Assembly: GCA_012515515.1 (NCBI GenBank)
Contig: JAAYYE010000012.1
Span: forward strand, 48,604-112,603
Direction: 5' to 3'
Length of the DNA stretch: 64,000 nucleotides
Source of the DNA: Minisyncoccota bacterium
GTDB lineage: Bacteria; Patescibacteriota; Microgenomatia; UBA1400; PJMF01
Below the pieces are notes generated by a model. That model worked only from the letters and a program-made list of their open reading frames with translations, searched no databases and was not told where the DNA came from. This document shows, piece by piece, positions 1 through 10,991 of the stretch; position 1 is the stretch's first letter, and every line of letters starts with the position of its first letter. The translations under genes were made by a program, and so were the position numbers.

Positions 1-163
1 AATGATAAGCATTATCTAGATCACCCATTTGCTTACGATAGGCAGATATTAAAGCCTGGCGAATAGCCTCATAAATATCTTCGGCCTCAATTTTACGTTC
101 TTCGGCAATTTGCGCGACTGCAGCGGCAAAATCTGTTCTCACAATTGATTGAACACTTGACAT
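1..163 (-). CDS. nusA: Transcription termination/antitermination factor NusA, N-terminal fragment (gene runs off left edge of window)
   Basis: Reverse-strand translation from ATG at 161-163 gives MSSVQSIVRTDFAAAVAQIAEERKIEAEDIYEAIRQALISAYRKQMGD, NusA N-terminal-like; AAGGAAAA RBS 6 nt upstream; not in ORF track because truncated by window edge. Confidence 0.45.
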   Translation of the reverse strand, partial: MSSVQSIVRTDFAAAVAQIAEERKIEAEDIYEAIRQALISAYRKQMGDLDNAYH

Positions 164-207
164 AATAATTTTCCTTTTTTATCTTACAAATTAGAAAATA
201 AGATAAT

Positions 208-243
208 TAATAAAAAAGGACTTATCGTCAAGATCAGTCCTTT
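208..243 (-). terminator. Rho-independent terminator downstream of dnaJ-like gene (end of hrcA-grpE-dnaK-dnaJ operon)
   Basis: Inverted repeat AAGGACT...AGTCCTT (216-222 / 236-242) with inner ATC/GAT pairing, followed on minus strand by TTTTTTA run. Confidence 0.5.
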
Positions 244-328
244 ACCAAACCACCTTAATTTCAAAAGACTATTATACCAGCGAAGCAGCTTTTTGTAAAT
301 TCAACTAAATTATTGTTGATCTAAAAAA

Positions 329-1216
329 TTATTGTTGATCTAAAGTACGCCAATTTTCTAACCAGCGTTTTTGCTCTCTAGTGAGTTTTTCGGGCACTTG
401 AACAATTAAGCGCACATACAGGTCACCTGCTCCGCGCCCCCTCAAACGTTTGATGCCTTCGCCACGAAGCCTAATTAATGTATGAGACTGGGTACCCGGC
501 CTAACCCTGATCTTTAATTCATCGTGCAGTGTCTTAACCTTTAATTCTCCACCCAAAGCTGCCAAGCTAAAAGAAATATATTCATCAACAAAGACATCGG
601 CATTATCTCGTTTAAATCGGGGGTGAGTGCCAACACTAATGCTCACGTCAAAATCATCAAAACGAATTCTGGTGCCATTATCAACTCCTGCAGGAATTTT
701 AATTGTCTTCTTTTTACCATTGTCTAAGGTGATTTCTTTATTGCAACCATCAACGGCTTCCATGAAGTCAATGTTAATGCCGTAACGAGGGCGGCGGCGA
801 GCGCTAGCGAAGCCGCCTCCAAAAAACTGTTCAAAAATCTCAAAGGGGTCTGAAAAATCAAAGTCCGCACTTCCACCCCTCGTAGATGACCAAGTAAATG
901 GCCCCTGGCCACTAGCTCCAGTAAATCCAGAAAAATCAAATCCCCCAAAGGGCCCAGCTCCACCACCCATGCCACTTGATGGATCAAAGGCTGCATGGCC
1001 AAACTGATCATAAGTTTGTCGTTTTTGTTTATCTGAAAGCACTTGATAGGCTTCATTAATTTCTTTAAATTTTTCTTCAGCGTCTGGTGCCTTGTTGCGA
1101 TCGGGATGATATTTTAAAGCTGCCTTGCGATAGGCAGACTTAATAGCTGCTTCGCTGGCAGTTTTTTCTACACCTAAAATTTCGTAGTAATCGCGTTTGG
1201 CCGACATAAAACTCAT
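329..1216 (-). CDS. dnaJ: J-domain co-chaperone, type II DnaJ/CbpA-like (J domain + G/F-rich region + C-terminal substrate-binding domains, no CxxCxGxG zinc finger)
   Basis: YYEILGV...YHPDRN J-domain (HPD motif), G/F-rich linker, DnaJ C-terminal domain; likely start [11 protein letters not shown] at 1216 (or 1207) rather than ORF-track 1249. Confidence 0.8.
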   Translation of the reverse strand: MSFMSAKRDYYEILGVEKTASEAAIKSAYRKAALKYHPDRNKAPDAEEKFKEINEAYQVLSDKQKRQTYDQFGHAAFDPSSGMGGGAGPFGGFDFSGFTGASGQGPFTWSSTRGGSADFDFSDPFEIFEQFFGGGFASARRRPRYGINIDFMEAVDGCNKEITLDNGKKKTIKIPAGVDNGTRIRFDDFDVSISVGTHPRFKRDNADVFVDEYISFSLAALGGELKVKTLHDELKIRVRPGTQSHTLIRLRGEGIKRLRGRGAGDLYVRLIVQVPEKLTREQKRWLENWRTLDQQ

Positions 1217-1329
1217 TAATTGTACACTAAAAAAAGAAAAAATCAGCAATCAAAAAAGGACTCTGCTAATTTTTGATCTACTCATCTCTATAATTTAACA
1301 TTAAAATGAAAAAAAATGCTAACAAAAAA

Positions 1330-1360
1330 ACCACTACCATTTTTCATGACAGTGGTTTTT
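1330..1360. terminator. Hairpin with flanking A/T runs between dnaK and dnaJ-like gene (possible intra-operon attenuator/terminator)
   Basis: ACCACT...AGTGGT inverted repeat (1331-1336/1351-1356) flanked by AAAAAAA upstream and TTTTT downstream, so U-run on either strand. Confidence 0.35.
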
Positions 1361-1382
1361 ATTATCGCTGCAAAATAACTGT

Positions 1383-3326
1383 TTAATTAACTACTTCTCC
1401 CTCTTCAGCGTCCTTTTTTTTATCCTCTTTTTCAGCGTCTTTAGCAGTTTTTTTGTCTGTTTTCGCAGATTTTGCTTCTGCTTTTTCAGCTGCCTCAGCT
1501 GCTTTAGCTTCTTCTGCCTGTGCCTTTTGCATCACTTCACCAATTTTTTGCGCACTAGCAAAGGTAGCTTCAATAGCTTTTTCAATTTCTTCTTTGCTCG
1601 TATCCTCTTTTTCGCTTAAATCTTTGAGTGCTTTAACATCGGCTTCAATTTTTTCTTTATCTGCTTTTTCCAATTTATCACCATAATCTTTGAGCTGTTT
1701 TTCAATTTCAAAAGCCACACTATTAGCCTTGTTTTTAGCTTCGATTAATTCGCGTTTGGCTTTATCGGCCTCGGCAAATTTCTCTGCTTCATTTTTCATT
1801 TTTTCTACTTCTTCATCACTTAAATTAGTGCTGTTTTGAATGGTGATTTTTTGCTCTTTACCAGAATTCTTGTCTTTAGCGCTGACATTTAAAATGCCAT
1901 TACTATCAATATCAAAAGTCACCTCAACTTGCGGCATACCTCGAGGAGCTGGTGGAATACCGTCTAGAACGAAACGACCCAAGCTCTTATTATCGCTGGC
2001 CATTTCTCGCTCACCCTGTAGAACATTAATTTCTACTTGAGTCTGATTATCAGCTGCCGTCGAAAAGATTTGACTTTTACTGGTTGGAATAGTTGTATTA
2101 CGATCAATTAGTGGAGTACGAATTCCACCCAATGTTTCTAGACCCAGAGTTAAGGGCGTAACATCTAGCAAGACAACATCTGTCACATCACCAGCAATTA
2201 CACCAGCTTGAACAGCAGCGCCAATTGCCACCACTTCGTCGGGATTAACGCCCTTATGCAGTTCTTTTTTGAAAAAATCTTTGACCACTTCTTGGACTTT
2301 GGGCATTCTAGTCATACCACCTACCAAAATCACCTCATTAACATCACTAACTGTGAGTTTGGCATCTTTAATGGCCTTTTTCACTGGCTCAATAGATTTT
2401 TGAATCAAATGATCCACTAATTCTTCCATTTTTGCTCGACTTAAATTTAAACTTAAGTGTAGTGGTTGACCCTCATCTCCTTGAGTAATAAAAGGCTGAT
2501 TAATTTCGGTTTGTTGAGAACTGGATAATTCAATTTTGGCTTTTTCTGCGGCATCTTTAATACGCTGCATGGCTTGAGCATCTTTACTCAAGTCTTTACC
2601 AGTTTCTTTTTTGAATTCTGCAACAATCCATCCAATAATTTCATTATCGAAATCATCACCGCCCAAAAAGGTGTCTCCATTGGTAGCTTTAACTTCAAAA
2701 ACACCGTCGCCAATTTCTAATATCGAAATGTCAAAGGTGCCACCGCCCAAATCATAAACCGCAATAGTCTTATTGCCTTTTTTATCTAAACCATAAGCTA
2801 GCGCAGCCGCAGTAGGCTCATTAACAATTCGTTCGACTTTAAGCCCAGCGATTTCTCCAGCTTGTTTAGTTGCTTGTCTTTGCGAGTCATCAAAATAGGC
2901 AGGCACAGTGATCACTGCTGCGTCTACAGTTTCACCCAAATATGCTTCGGCATCAGCCTTAGCTTTGGCTAAAATTTTGGCAGAAATTTCTTGCGGAGTG
3001 TATTCCTTATTATTAATTTTAACTACCGTCATGCCGTCTTTGCCCTCAACTATATCGTAGGCAACGTGCTTAATGGCGTTTTGCACCGCACTATCCTTAA
3101 ATTTACGACCCATGAAGCGTTTGACCGAATAAACTGTAGTTTTGGGATTAAGCACCATTTGTCTTTTAGCTGGATCACCAACCAAAATTTCTTTATTTTT
3201 TAGACCAACTATAGAAGGAAAAGTGTTACGACCTTCAATGCTGGGAATAATAGTTGGCTGACCACCCTGCATTACAGCAATAGCACTATTTGTAGTTCCT
3301 AAATCAATTCCAATTGTTTTTGACAT
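1383..3326 (-). CDS. dnaK: Molecular chaperone DnaK (Hsp70)
   Basis: [18 protein letters not shown], full-length Hsp70 with acidic/lysine-rich C-terminal tail. Confidence 0.95.
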   Translation of the reverse strand: MSKTIGIDLGTTNSAIAVMQGGQPTIIPSIEGRNTFPSIVGLKNKEILVGDPAKRQMVLNPKTTVYSVKRFMGRKFKDSAVQNAIKHVAYDIVEGKDGMTVVKINNKEYTPQEISAKILAKAKADAEAYLGETVDAAVITVPAYFDDSQRQATKQAGEIAGLKVERIVNEPTAAALAYGLDKKGNKTIAVYDLGGGTFDISILEIGDGVFEVKATNGDTFLGGDDFDNEIIGWIVAEFKKETGKDLSKDAQAMQRIKDAAEKAKIELSSSQQTEINQPFITQGDEGQPLHLSLNLSRAKMEELVDHLIQKSIEPVKKAIKDAKLTVSDVNEVILVGGMTRMPKVQEVVKDFFKKELHKGVNPDEVVAIGAAVQAGVIAGDVTDVVLLDVTPLTLGLETLGGIRTPLIDRNTTIPTSKSQIFSTAADNQTQVEINVLQGEREMASDNKSLGRFVLDGIPPAPRGMPQVEVTFDIDSNGILNVSAKDKNSGKEQKITIQNSTNLSDEEVEKMKNEAEKFAEADKAKRELIEAKNKANSVAFEIEKQLKDYGDKLEKADKEKIEADVKALKDLSEKEDTSKEEIEKAIEATFASAQKIGEVMQKAQAEEAKAAEAAEKAEAKSAKTDKKTAKDAEKEDKKKDAEEGEVVN

Positions 3327-3382
3327 AATTATTAATCCTTTCTTATGTGTTCTTTGTTTTAATTGATCACGAAGTGTCCATT

Positions 3383-3409
3383 TTAGCAGACAAATGCTTT
3401 GACTGCTAG
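3383..3409. promoter_or_regulatory. Weak CIRCE-like element (TTAGCA-N15-TGCTAG) between grpE and dnaK
   Basis: TTAGCAGACAAATGCTTTGACTGCTAG: core hexamers at canonical 15-nt spacing but right arm TGCTAG and inner arms not complementary. Confidence 0.2.
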
Positions 3410-3416
3410 TAGCAAT

Positions 3417-3875
3417 TTAGTCAAGTATTACTCGTGCGTGTTGAATAATCTCACCATTGAGGCGATAGGCCTTGCGCAATACTTCAATCACCTTTTCACC
3501 CTTAGCATTTTTGTCAAGGACTTCCATTGTATTGACATCAAACTTTTTATTTAAAACCTCAACTTCTTCTAAGCCAATTGCTTGTAATGATTTCCAAAGC
3601 TGATTGGTGATTATTTCCAAACCCTGATCTTGCAATTGTTGACTGGCTGTCCTTAAATGCTCCAGTGGTTCTAAAATGCTAAGCAATAAATCAGCATTAG
3701 CTAATTTAATTAAATGAGCTCGTTGTTGCTGACTCTGACGAAGCAGGTTTTGATAATCGGCCAAGGCTCGTCGTTCTTTTTCTTGGTATAAAGCGATTGT
3801 TTTTTTTAAATTTTTAATCTCTTTTTTGCAGTTATTAAGCTCAGGAGATGAATTATTTACATTTTGCTTCTTCAC
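3417..3875 (-). CDS. grpE: Nucleotide exchange factor GrpE (short form)
   Basis: Coiled-coil N-terminus and C-terminal KKFDVNTMEV...VIEVLRKAYRLNGEIIQHARV matching GrpE FDPxxHEA...V.EVxxKGYxL motif; operon position between hrcA and dnaK. Confidence 0.75.
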   Translation of the reverse strand: MKKQNVNNSSPELNNCKKEIKNLKKTIALYQEKERRALADYQNLLRQSQQQRAHLIKLANADLLLSILEPLEHLRTASQQLQDQGLEIITNQLWKSLQAIGLEEVEVLNKKFDVNTMEVLDKNAKGEKVIEVLRKAYRLNGEIIQHARVILD

Positions 3876-3886
3876 TTTAAGCCCTT

Positions 3887-4609
3887 CTAATCCACCATGC
3901 TTTCAATTAAACCTTTGAAATATTTCATCATTGGCAAAATATAGGGATAATTAAAACGCGTTGAACCTATGACCGCAAAACGACAGGGGTGTTCAGACAA
4001 ATCGACATCGACAAACATGATGCCAATTGGATCCAATTCTCTGTTGCCCAATTCTTGACCAAAAACCACTTTAACTGGATTTTCACTTTGCGATTTATCA
4101 AAAATTTCATTCATGACTGAAAACTCTTCAATCATTTGCAAAACCCGTCGAGTTAAATTGATGTCATAAAACTCTGGCATATTTAATAAATTGGCATAAC
4201 CAGAGTGCACGATGTTGCCGTCTGGAGTAATTGCCAAACCTAAGGCATGCGATTTTTCTGCTAAGACCCTGGCTGTTTCTTGGAGCAAGTCCTCCATTTG
4301 ATTGCGATAGCGCCAAATTTTTTCCTTAACACTGACTTCATCAGCAACAGACAAATCCTTTTCTTTAACCAATTCATTAATATAAAGCTTCATCGCTAAA
4401 GCCGTTGGCACTCGACCAGCACTAATGTGAGATTTGATTAAATATCCTTGTTTAGTGAGATAAGCCATTTCGTTACGAATAGTCGCAGGAGAAACACCTA
4501 TATTGTACTTTTTATCAACTGTTTCTGAACCAACTGGTTCACCAGTTTCAATAAATTCTTCAATAACAGCTCTTAAAATTTGAATTTGTCTGGCTACAAG
4601 GTCAATCAT
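3887..4609 (-). CDS. hrcA: Heat-inducible transcription repressor HrcA (short, 240 aa)
   Basis: N-terminal wHTH RQIQILRAVIEEFIETGEPVGSETV...SPATIRNEMAYLTKQGYL typical of HrcA; first gene of hrcA-grpE-dnaK-dnaJ; about 100 aa shorter than classical HrcA. Confidence 0.8.
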   Translation of the reverse strand: MIDLVARQIQILRAVIEEFIETGEPVGSETVDKKYNIGVSPATIRNEMAYLTKQGYLIKSHISAGRVPTALAMKLYINELVKEKDLSVADEVSVKEKIWRYRNQMEDLLQETARVLAEKSHALGLAITPDGNIVHSGYANLLNMPEFYDINLTRRVLQMIEEFSVMNEIFDKSQSENPVKVVFGQELGNRELDPIGIMFVDVDLSEHPCRFAVIGSTRFNYPYILPMMKYFKGLIESMVD

Positions 4610-4612
4610 ATA

Positions 4613-4639
4613 TTAGCAATCATAGAAACTTATTGCTAA
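4613..4639. promoter_or_regulatory. CIRCE operator (HrcA binding site) TTAGCAATC-N9-TATTGCTAA, 3 nt upstream of hrcA start codon
   Basis: 9-9-9 inverted repeat with 8/9 arm complementarity, matches CIRCE consensus TTAGCACTC-N9-GAGTGCTAA at core TTAGCA-N15-TGCTAA. Confidence 0.6.
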
Positions 4640-4647
4640 TTTGTCAA
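4619..4647 (-). promoter_or_regulatory. Sigma70-like promoter of hrcA operon (TTGACA-17-TATGAT) overlapped by CIRCE; predicted near-leaderless transcript
   Basis: Minus-strand read TTGACA AATTAGCAATAAGTTTC TATGAT TGCTAATAT ATG; -35 = 4642-4647, -10 = 4619-4624, -10 ends 9 nt before ATG. Confidence 0.5.
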
Positions 4648-5756
4648 GTCAAAATTAAATCTTTGATTTTTTTGCCAAACACTGCTGGGGAATAAATTAA
4701 ACTAGCACGATGAATTTCTTGAGCATTAAATTCGATTTTTTCAAAATCAAAAATACTTTGTTTAAGGGCTTCAACATTGAGATCATTAAAAAATAAACCA
4801 GTTTTAGCATTAATAATTGTTTCTTTTGGACCACCTGAAAAATGAGCAATTACGGGAGTACCCCAAGCCATAGCTTCAATCGGCACCATCCCAAAATCTT
4901 CATCTTCAACAGGATAAATTAAAGCCTTAGCTCCACGATATAGCTCAGCCAAGGATTGATCATCAACAGCTCCCAAAAATTCAACTGATGCTCCAGCCAT
5001 TTTTTTTAGAGAAGGCAACATGTCTCCTTCTCCAACCACCTTCAGTGCCAAATTTAAATCAGTTGCCGCTTGGACAGCAATTTCTGGATGTTTGGCCCAA
5101 GCCAAACGATTGACATATAAATAGTAGCCCTCTTTATGAAAATTTTTATGCTCTAATAAATAGTCTCGAGCCACATCGACCATTTTGACAGGCGGATAAA
5201 TAACTTCTGATTGACGATGATAAAATTTTTTAATTCTGGATTGAGTCTCTTTTGAATTAGCAATAAATACGCCAACTTGTTGAGCAGATTTAAAATCGAC
5301 AAAACGCATATAATGATTGATTAGCTCGCCAAAAAAACGAGTAATTGCTCGATCGCGCCAATGGCTTTTAGCTGTGTAGCCATATAAAACTCGGGGAGGA
5401 GTATGACAATAACAAAAATGTTTAGCATTATCTTTACTGGCGCGCGCCGCTTTGGCCATATAGGCGTTGGAGGAAGAAAGCACAATGTCAAATTCACTGA
5501 GATCTAATTTGGCAAAGGCGCGCGCTGCCAACACTCGCAATGGAGAAAAGGTTTTTTTAATTAAGGGAATTTTACTTAAAAAAGTTTCATGAATTTCCCA
5601 ATCGCTAAAGCGTTGCCAATTATTGCCCAAAGACTGCTTATCAACAAAAGCAGTATAGACGGGTGCATCGGGAAATAGTTGATGTAATTCTTCCAAAACC
5701 CGTTCTGCACCACCATATTCTCGTAAATAATCGTGAATTAAAGCAATTTTAGGCAT
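4644..5756 (-). CDS. Glycosyltransferase family 4 (GT-B fold)
   Basis: N-terminal [15 protein letters not shown] and C-terminal [20 protein letters not shown] motif typical of GT4/RfaG-like enzymes. Confidence 0.75.
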   Translation of the reverse strand: MPKIALIHDYLREYGGAERVLEELHQLFPDAPVYTAFVDKQSLGNNWQRFSDWEIHETFLSKIPLIKKTFSPLRVLAARAFAKLDLSEFDIVLSSSNAYMAKAARASKDNAKHFCYCHTPPRVLYGYTAKSHWRDRAITRFFGELINHYMRFVDFKSAQQVGVFIANSKETQSRIKKFYHRQSEVIYPPVKMVDVARDYLLEHKNFHKEGYYLYVNRLAWAKHPEIAVQAATDLNLALKVVGEGDMLPSLKKMAGASVEFLGAVDDQSLAELYRGAKALIYPVEDEDFGMVPIEAMAWGTPVIAHFSGGPKETIINAKTGLFFNDLNVEALKQSIFDFEKIEFNAQEIHRASLIYSPAVFGKKIKDLILT

Positions 5757-5839
5757 ATTTTTTACCTTAAACTATTTTAAAGCTTAATTTTTTAATTTTT
5801 TTCAAATATTTTCAATTTAATAGTTTTTTAATTCTTTAT

Positions 5840-6769
5840 TTAGAATAATGCTTCTTGGACTGAATTCTCAAAGGCGTCGCTTGGTAATAAGCTGACCAAT
5901 GATTTAAAGCCTAATTTGTTGATTAATTGAATGGTGTGGGTTTTGTCGTAAGCTGTCACTCGACAGGCTTCTAAGTCAAAATCGATTGGCGCCTGAGTGC
6001 TAATGGTAGCTAATTCTTGGCTTAAAAAGGCAGCTTCTTGGCCATTTTTTAATTTATCAAGTAAGGCTCCCTTAATTAGATCATCGCCTTCTGGGTTTTT
6101 TTGCAAAAACTGATAAATGGCTTCTAGATTTTGAAAGCGCTGAATTAGTTTACAGGCTGTTTTCTGACCGATGCCTTGAATTCCTGGGATATTATCAGAT
6201 GCGTCGCCACTTAAGGCTTTCAGGTCGACTACTTGGGTTGGTTTAATATTAATCTTTTTTTCGACCAAATCTGAATCAAACAACATGTCTCCTTGCTGTC
6301 GACCCCTGGCTGGCATCCACACCTTGGTATCGTTATCAACCAACTGAAACATGTCTTGATCGCCGGTGACTATGACAGTTAATAGACTGCTGTCTAAATG
6401 TTCAACTTGTCGATTGATAGTACCAATTAAGTCGTCTGCTTCATATCCTTCGATTTCAAAACGAGGAATGTTGATGGCGTCAACTAAGTCTTTGGTTAAG
6501 GAAATTTGCGGAATGAGATCATCGGGCATTTTGGCTCGTTTGGCTTTATAGGCTTGATATTGCTTTTTTCTTAGAGTTTCTCCCTTATGATCAAAACAAA
6601 CTGCGCTATATTCTGGTTCAAAATGATTGAGTGCTGTTAAAAACATTCGGGCAAAACCATAAACAGCATTCACTAAATGACCCTGTGGATCAGTTAAATT
6701 TGGTAAAGCATAATAAGCACGATAGATTAAGGCATGTGCATCAACTAAGAGAAAAATACGACGAGACAT
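5840..6769 (-). CDS. Stand-alone 5'-3' exonuclease / flap endonuclease (Pol I N-terminal domain-like)
   Basis: LLVDAHALIYRAYYAL, conserved acidic clusters and helix-hairpin-helix GIQGIGQKTACKLIQ; no polymerase domain. Confidence 0.8.
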   Translation of the reverse strand: MSRRIFLLVDAHALIYRAYYALPNLTDPQGHLVNAVYGFARMFLTALNHFEPEYSAVCFDHKGETLRKKQYQAYKAKRAKMPDDLIPQISLTKDLVDAINIPRFEIEGYEADDLIGTINRQVEHLDSSLLTVIVTGDQDMFQLVDNDTKVWMPARGRQQGDMLFDSDLVEKKINIKPTQVVDLKALSGDASDNIPGIQGIGQKTACKLIQRFQNLEAIYQFLQKNPEGDDLIKGALLDKLKNGQEAAFLSQELATISTQAPIDFDLEACRVTAYDKTHTIQLINKLGFKSLVSLLPSDAFENSVQEALF

Positions 6770-6797
6770 GCCTTTATTGTAACAAAGGCAGTAATTT

Positions 6798-8846
6798 TTA
6801 TCTTCTGGCTTTTTCTATGCCCATGACTTTGGTGAATTCATCAGAGTCTAGGGTTTCTTTTTCTAAAAGTGCTTCGGCGACTTTGTCTAATTGTTGGCGA
6901 TGTTTCTTGAGTAATTCTTGAGCTTGGTCTTCAGCTTTAGAGATAATTAATAGTACCTCTTTGTCAACGGCTTCGGTTAATTTATCAGAAAGTCGTTCTT
7001 GATCTCCCCAGCCTCGATTATAATCATTGTCGGCATATTCTGAGCCAAAATACATTGGGCCTAATTTGCTCATCCCATAACGAACCACCATTGATCGGGC
7101 AATTCTCGTTGCTTGAGCAATGTCATTTGATGAGCCAGCGGTCTGCTCATTAAACACTAACATTTCTGCGGCTCGTCCACCAAACATGACTATTAAATTT
7201 TCTAATAGTTCTGATTTAAAAACTTGTAATTTGTCTTTTTCTGGAGGAGTGAAAGTATAGCCCAAAGCCTGACCTCGCGAAACAATCGAGATGCGATGGA
7301 CGGGATCGGTATAAGGCAAAACATGAGTTAAGACTGCGTGTCCAGCTTCATGATAAGCGGTCATTTTCTTTTCTAAATCATCCTGAAGACGCTTTTTACT
7401 TGGTCCATATTTGACTTTCATAGAAGCTTCTTCAATATCTTCCATGTTCACTTTTTGTCTGTTTTCTCTAGCGGTCGCGATAGCCGCTTCATTTAACATG
7501 TTTTCTAAATCAGCGCCAGAAAAACCCACTGTGCGTTTAGCTACCTTTTCCCAAGAAACACTGCTACTGAACACTTTGTTTCTAGCGTGGATTTTTAAAA
7601 TAAATTTACGTTCTTCTAAATCTGGTAAATTGACTTGCACCCGACGATCAAAACGACCAGGTCTCACCAAGGCTGGATCTAGCATATCGCCTCGATTAGT
7701 CGCTGCCATCACAATTACATTGTCATTCTGCGTAAAACCATCCATCTCGACTAAAATTTGATTAAGAGTTTGTTCTCTTTCATCATGAGAGCTAAAGCTA
7801 TTGCGTCCTCGAGCACGTCCAATGGCATCAATTTCATCAATAAAAATAATTGACGGAGCCAAGCGCTTTGCCGTTTCAAAGAGATCTCGAACTCGAGATG
7901 CGCCAACGCCAACTAACATTTCCATAAATTCACTGCCAGCGATAGAGAGAAATTGCACATTGGCTTCACCAGCAACCGCTCTGGCTAATAAAGTTTTTCC
8001 AGTGCCTGCTGGACCAATGAGCAGTACTCCTTTAGGAGTTCTAGCTCCAACTTTTTGATATTTTTTAGGATTTTTTAGAAAGTCGACAATTTCTTCTAGT
8101 TCTCGCTTTGCCTCGTCCATTCCACCAACATCTTTAAAACTGATGTCTTGTTTGCCCTTGATAAAAACTTTTGCCTTGCTTTTGCCAATACCCAAAATTC
8201 CATCTTGTCCACCTCTTGCTTGTCTAAAAATAAAAATAAAAAACACAAACATCAAAATAATCGGTAAAAAGGTAATTACTAATTCCCAAAACAGCTGACC
8301 AAAACTAGCATCCCGAACTGCCAAATCTAATTCTGTTAAATCAATATCGCTAGCAAGCAGAATATCTAAAGCCTGTTGGCCATCTTCTTTTTTAGTGACC
8401 TTTTGACTTCCATCTTGATAAGATAGGCGCATTTCCTGACCAAGCACTTCAATCTCATTAACCTTTTTGTCTCGAACATCCCTTACCATTTGGCTAACTG
8501 AGATGGACTCTCTCGCTGTCTGGATACCAAAAAGACCTAATAAGGATGGTGCAAATAAAAATAAAATCAGTGAGTAAATAACAATTTTGGAAAAAAGTTT
8601 ATTTAAATTAATCTTAATCACTTTTTTTTGATTACTTTTAATTAAAGGTATGCGAAAATCAATTTGCTTCATTTCTTGATTCAAATTAGGAAGGCTTTTA
8701 CCAGTGCTTTTTTCTTGAGAAGCTTTTTCTGTCGGCATTTTTCCAGCAGCAGTCTCGGCTTGTTGTTCATTACTTTGATTTTGCTTTTGCTTGGTAGCTG
8801 AATCAGCACTGGGTATTTGCTGATTGGAATTCTTTTTAGTTGACAT
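6798..8846 (-). CDS. ftsH: ATP-dependent zinc metalloprotease FtsH with extended low-complexity N-terminus
   Basis: Two TM segments, AAA Walker [12 protein letters not shown], zinc-binding HEAGH; approx 75-aa Q/K/S-rich N-terminal extension. Confidence 0.93.
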   Translation of the reverse strand: MSTKKNSNQQIPSADSATKQKQNQSNEQQAETAAGKMPTEKASQEKSTGKSLPNLNQEMKQIDFRIPLIKSNQKKVIKINLNKLFSKIVIYSLILFLFAPSLLGLFGIQTARESISVSQMVRDVRDKKVNEIEVLGQEMRLSYQDGSQKVTKKEDGQQALDILLASDIDLTELDLAVRDASFGQLFWELVITFLPIILMFVFFIFIFRQARGGQDGILGIGKSKAKVFIKGKQDISFKDVGGMDEAKRELEEIVDFLKNPKKYQKVGARTPKGVLLIGPAGTGKTLLARAVAGEANVQFLSIAGSEFMEMLVGVGASRVRDLFETAKRLAPSIIFIDEIDAIGRARGRNSFSSHDEREQTLNQILVEMDGFTQNDNVIVMAATNRGDMLDPALVRPGRFDRRVQVNLPDLEERKFILKIHARNKVFSSSVSWEKVAKRTVGFSGADLENMLNEAAIATARENRQKVNMEDIEEASMKVKYGPSKKRLQDDLEKKMTAYHEAGHAVLTHVLPYTDPVHRISIVSRGQALGYTFTPPEKDKLQVFKSELLENLIVMFGGRAAEMLVFNEQTAGSSNDIAQATRIARSMVVRYGMSKLGPMYFGSEYADNDYNRGWGDQERLSDKLTEAVDKEVLLIISKAEDQAQELLKKHRQQLDKVAEALLEKETLDSDEFTKVMGIEKARR

Positions 8847-8910
8847 AGATCTTTACTTAAAATTGATTAAATCTTAAATTAATTAAATATTTTGTTGCAC
8901 TATTGTAACA

Positions 8911-9969
8911 CTAGAAAAAACTATTAAAACCAAATTTGTCTTTTACTTCTAAAATAGTTTTTGTGGCTTCAGTTTGAGCCTTTTTATTGCCTTCTTCAAT
9001 GACGGCACTGACATAATCAACTTGCTTCTCTAATTTAGCTCTTTTTTCTTGAATTGGCATTAATTCCTCAAAAATTAATTTAGCTAAATCTTTCTTAATT
9101 TCTGCATAACGTAGGCCCTGCTTCTGATAACTAGCTTCATATTCTTTTCTCAATGATGAGCCAGCAAATAATTCAACTAAAATCATCAGGGTTTTAACGC
9201 CCTTCGATTCTTGACCATTAGCATCAAAATATACTGAGTCGTGGAGTTTGGTCTTTGCTGTTGATAAGCTTTTGACTTGACCTTTGCCGGAATCAGTGGG
9301 GATTCTAGCAATTTTCTTTTCGATCGTGGCTAAATCATCACTTAAATTAATATAACTACCATCAACTGTTTTACTCATCTTGCCCTCACCAGTTAAAGAC
9401 GGAATGTATTCGCCAGCAAGATTAAAAAAATTGGGTAAAGGAAAAGTTGTTCTATACAGGCTGTTGCATTTTCGAGCAATTTCTCTAGCTGCTTCGATAT
9501 GAGGTTTTTGATCAACTCCGACTGGTACTTGATTCGCTTTATATAGCAAAATATCAGCTGCCATCAGTATAGGATAACTTAATAAGGCCATGGTCACATT
9601 CTCTGGGTGTTGCTTAACTTTATCTTTAAAAGTTGGCAAGTGTTGCATTTTAGCCACTGACACCAAACTAGAAAGATAAAAAGACAGTTCAAAATGTTGT
9701 GGCACAGCAGATTGTAAAAACAAAACGCTACGCTGCGGGTCTAAACCAACTGCCAAATAATCCAAAACCACTGCTAAACGACTAGCCCGCAAATCTGCTA
9801 CCTGATAAGGAGTGGTAATCGAATGAGCGTCTGCCACCATGTAAAAAGTTTCGTATTGCGCATCTTCTTGCAAGGCCAACATCCCCTTGATAGCACCAAA
9901 ATAATTGCCTAAGTGTAATTGGCCTGTAGCACGAATACCAGACAAAACTCGCTGTTTAGTTTTTGACAT
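8911..9969 (-). CDS. trpS: Tryptophan--tRNA ligase
   Basis: LSGIRATGQLHLGNYFGA (HIGH-class motif of TrpRS) and KMSKT; probable start MSKTKQRV at 9969 with GAGGTG RBS. Confidence 0.8.
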   Translation of the reverse strand: MSKTKQRVLSGIRATGQLHLGNYFGAIKGMLALQEDAQYETFYMVADAHSITTPYQVADLRASRLAVVLDYLAVGLDPQRSVLFLQSAVPQHFELSFYLSSLVSVAKMQHLPTFKDKVKQHPENVTMALLSYPILMAADILLYKANQVPVGVDQKPHIEAAREIARKCNSLYRTTFPLPNFFNLAGEYIPSLTGEGKMSKTVDGSYINLSDDLATIEKKIARIPTDSGKGQVKSLSTAKTKLHDSVYFDANGQESKGVKTLMILVELFAGSSLRKEYEASYQKQGLRYAEIKKDLAKLIFEELMPIQEKRAKLEKQVDYVSAVIEEGNKKAQTEATKTILEVKDKFGFNSFF

Positions 9970-10021
9970 AACACCTCTAATCTTAACACAAGACATCAAT
10001 TAATGGGATAAAAAAACAAGA

Positions 10022-10888
10022 TTACAGCTCTTCGATTTTAACATTGGGCTGCATGTCGGGCGCTTCGATTAGTTTTAAATATTTTTCCGTGGTTGTAATT
10101 CGCTTGTGTCCTACTAGTTGGGAAACATAAACTAAAGGAGTACCCGCTTTAAGCTGCTCAACAATAAAAGTATGACGCAGATCATTAACTTTAGCTTCTT
10201 TAATGCCCGCTAAACGGAAAAAACGATCAATGGCAGTTCTAATATTTCGCACCAAAAATGGTCGACAAGTTTTAGTTAAAAATAGGGTTTTCTCTTTTGC
10301 TCTGGGTCGCACTTTTAAATAATCTAAAATGGCATTTTTCGCGGCACTATTCATTGGCACACGACGAGCATCTCGAGAATTTTGCGCCTGAATATGAATT
10401 AATTCTCGCTCCATATCTAAATCTGTAATGGTTAAAGAAGCTAATTCACTAATGCGCATTCCCGTTTGTAACAATAATTCAACAATGGCATACATGCGGG
10501 GATCAGTTCGACAGGCATCACGTAAGGCTCGATATTCAAGACGAGCTAAAACTCGTGGCGGACTATTTTCAATTCTAGGATGACTAATGCTCAGGGTAGG
10601 GTTAGTGTCTGCCAAGCCCTCACTAGTTAAAAAACGAAAAAAAGCTTTAATGGAGTTTATTTTTCGAGAAATAGATTTGCTAGTATAGCGTTGCTTATTT
10701 AGCAATTCTTTAAACTCATCAATGTCTTCTGGCAATATTTCACTAATAGTGGTTTTGCCACGTTTTGCAACAAAATCAAGTAATTGTTCTGCATCTTTGC
10801 TGTAAGCAATCACTGTTGACTCGGCTTTAGCGCTAGTCTTTAGATGCTCAGTAAATTTTACTTGCGCATCATTCAGATTTATGGGCAT
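10022..10888 (-). CDS. xerC: Tyrosine recombinase XerC/XerD-type
   Basis: N-terminal SAM-like core-binding domain, catalytic R...HxxR...Y with LVGHKRITTTEKYLKL C-terminus. Confidence 0.7.
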   Translation of the reverse strand: MPINLNDAQVKFTEHLKTSAKAESTVIAYSKDAEQLLDFVAKRGKTTISEILPEDIDEFKELLNKQRYTSKSISRKINSIKAFFRFLTSEGLADTNPTLSISHPRIENSPPRVLARLEYRALRDACRTDPRMYAIVELLLQTGMRISELASLTITDLDMERELIHIQAQNSRDARRVPMNSAAKNAILDYLKVRPRAKEKTLFLTKTCRPFLVRNIRTAIDRFFRLAGIKEAKVNDLRHTFIVEQLKAGTPLVYVSQLVGHKRITTTEKYLKLIEAPDMQPNVKIEEL

Positions 10889-10991
10889 AATATCATTAAT
10901 CTAGAACAGGCTTAAAATAATTATTATATTTATATATTAATGTCTTATAGTAACACAAATTAGGATTTTTTTCAATTCACAAAAAAACAAG

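Noticed and set aside
1453-3203. Antisense ORFs inside dnaK (1453-1686, 1840-2040, 2208-2420, 2991-3203) and similar short antisense ORFs inside ftsH, groEL, nrdJ, PBP, lepA and pgk
   Set aside because: They are fully embedded opposite strongly conserved protein-coding genes, have no motifs and are typical of low-GC frame noise.
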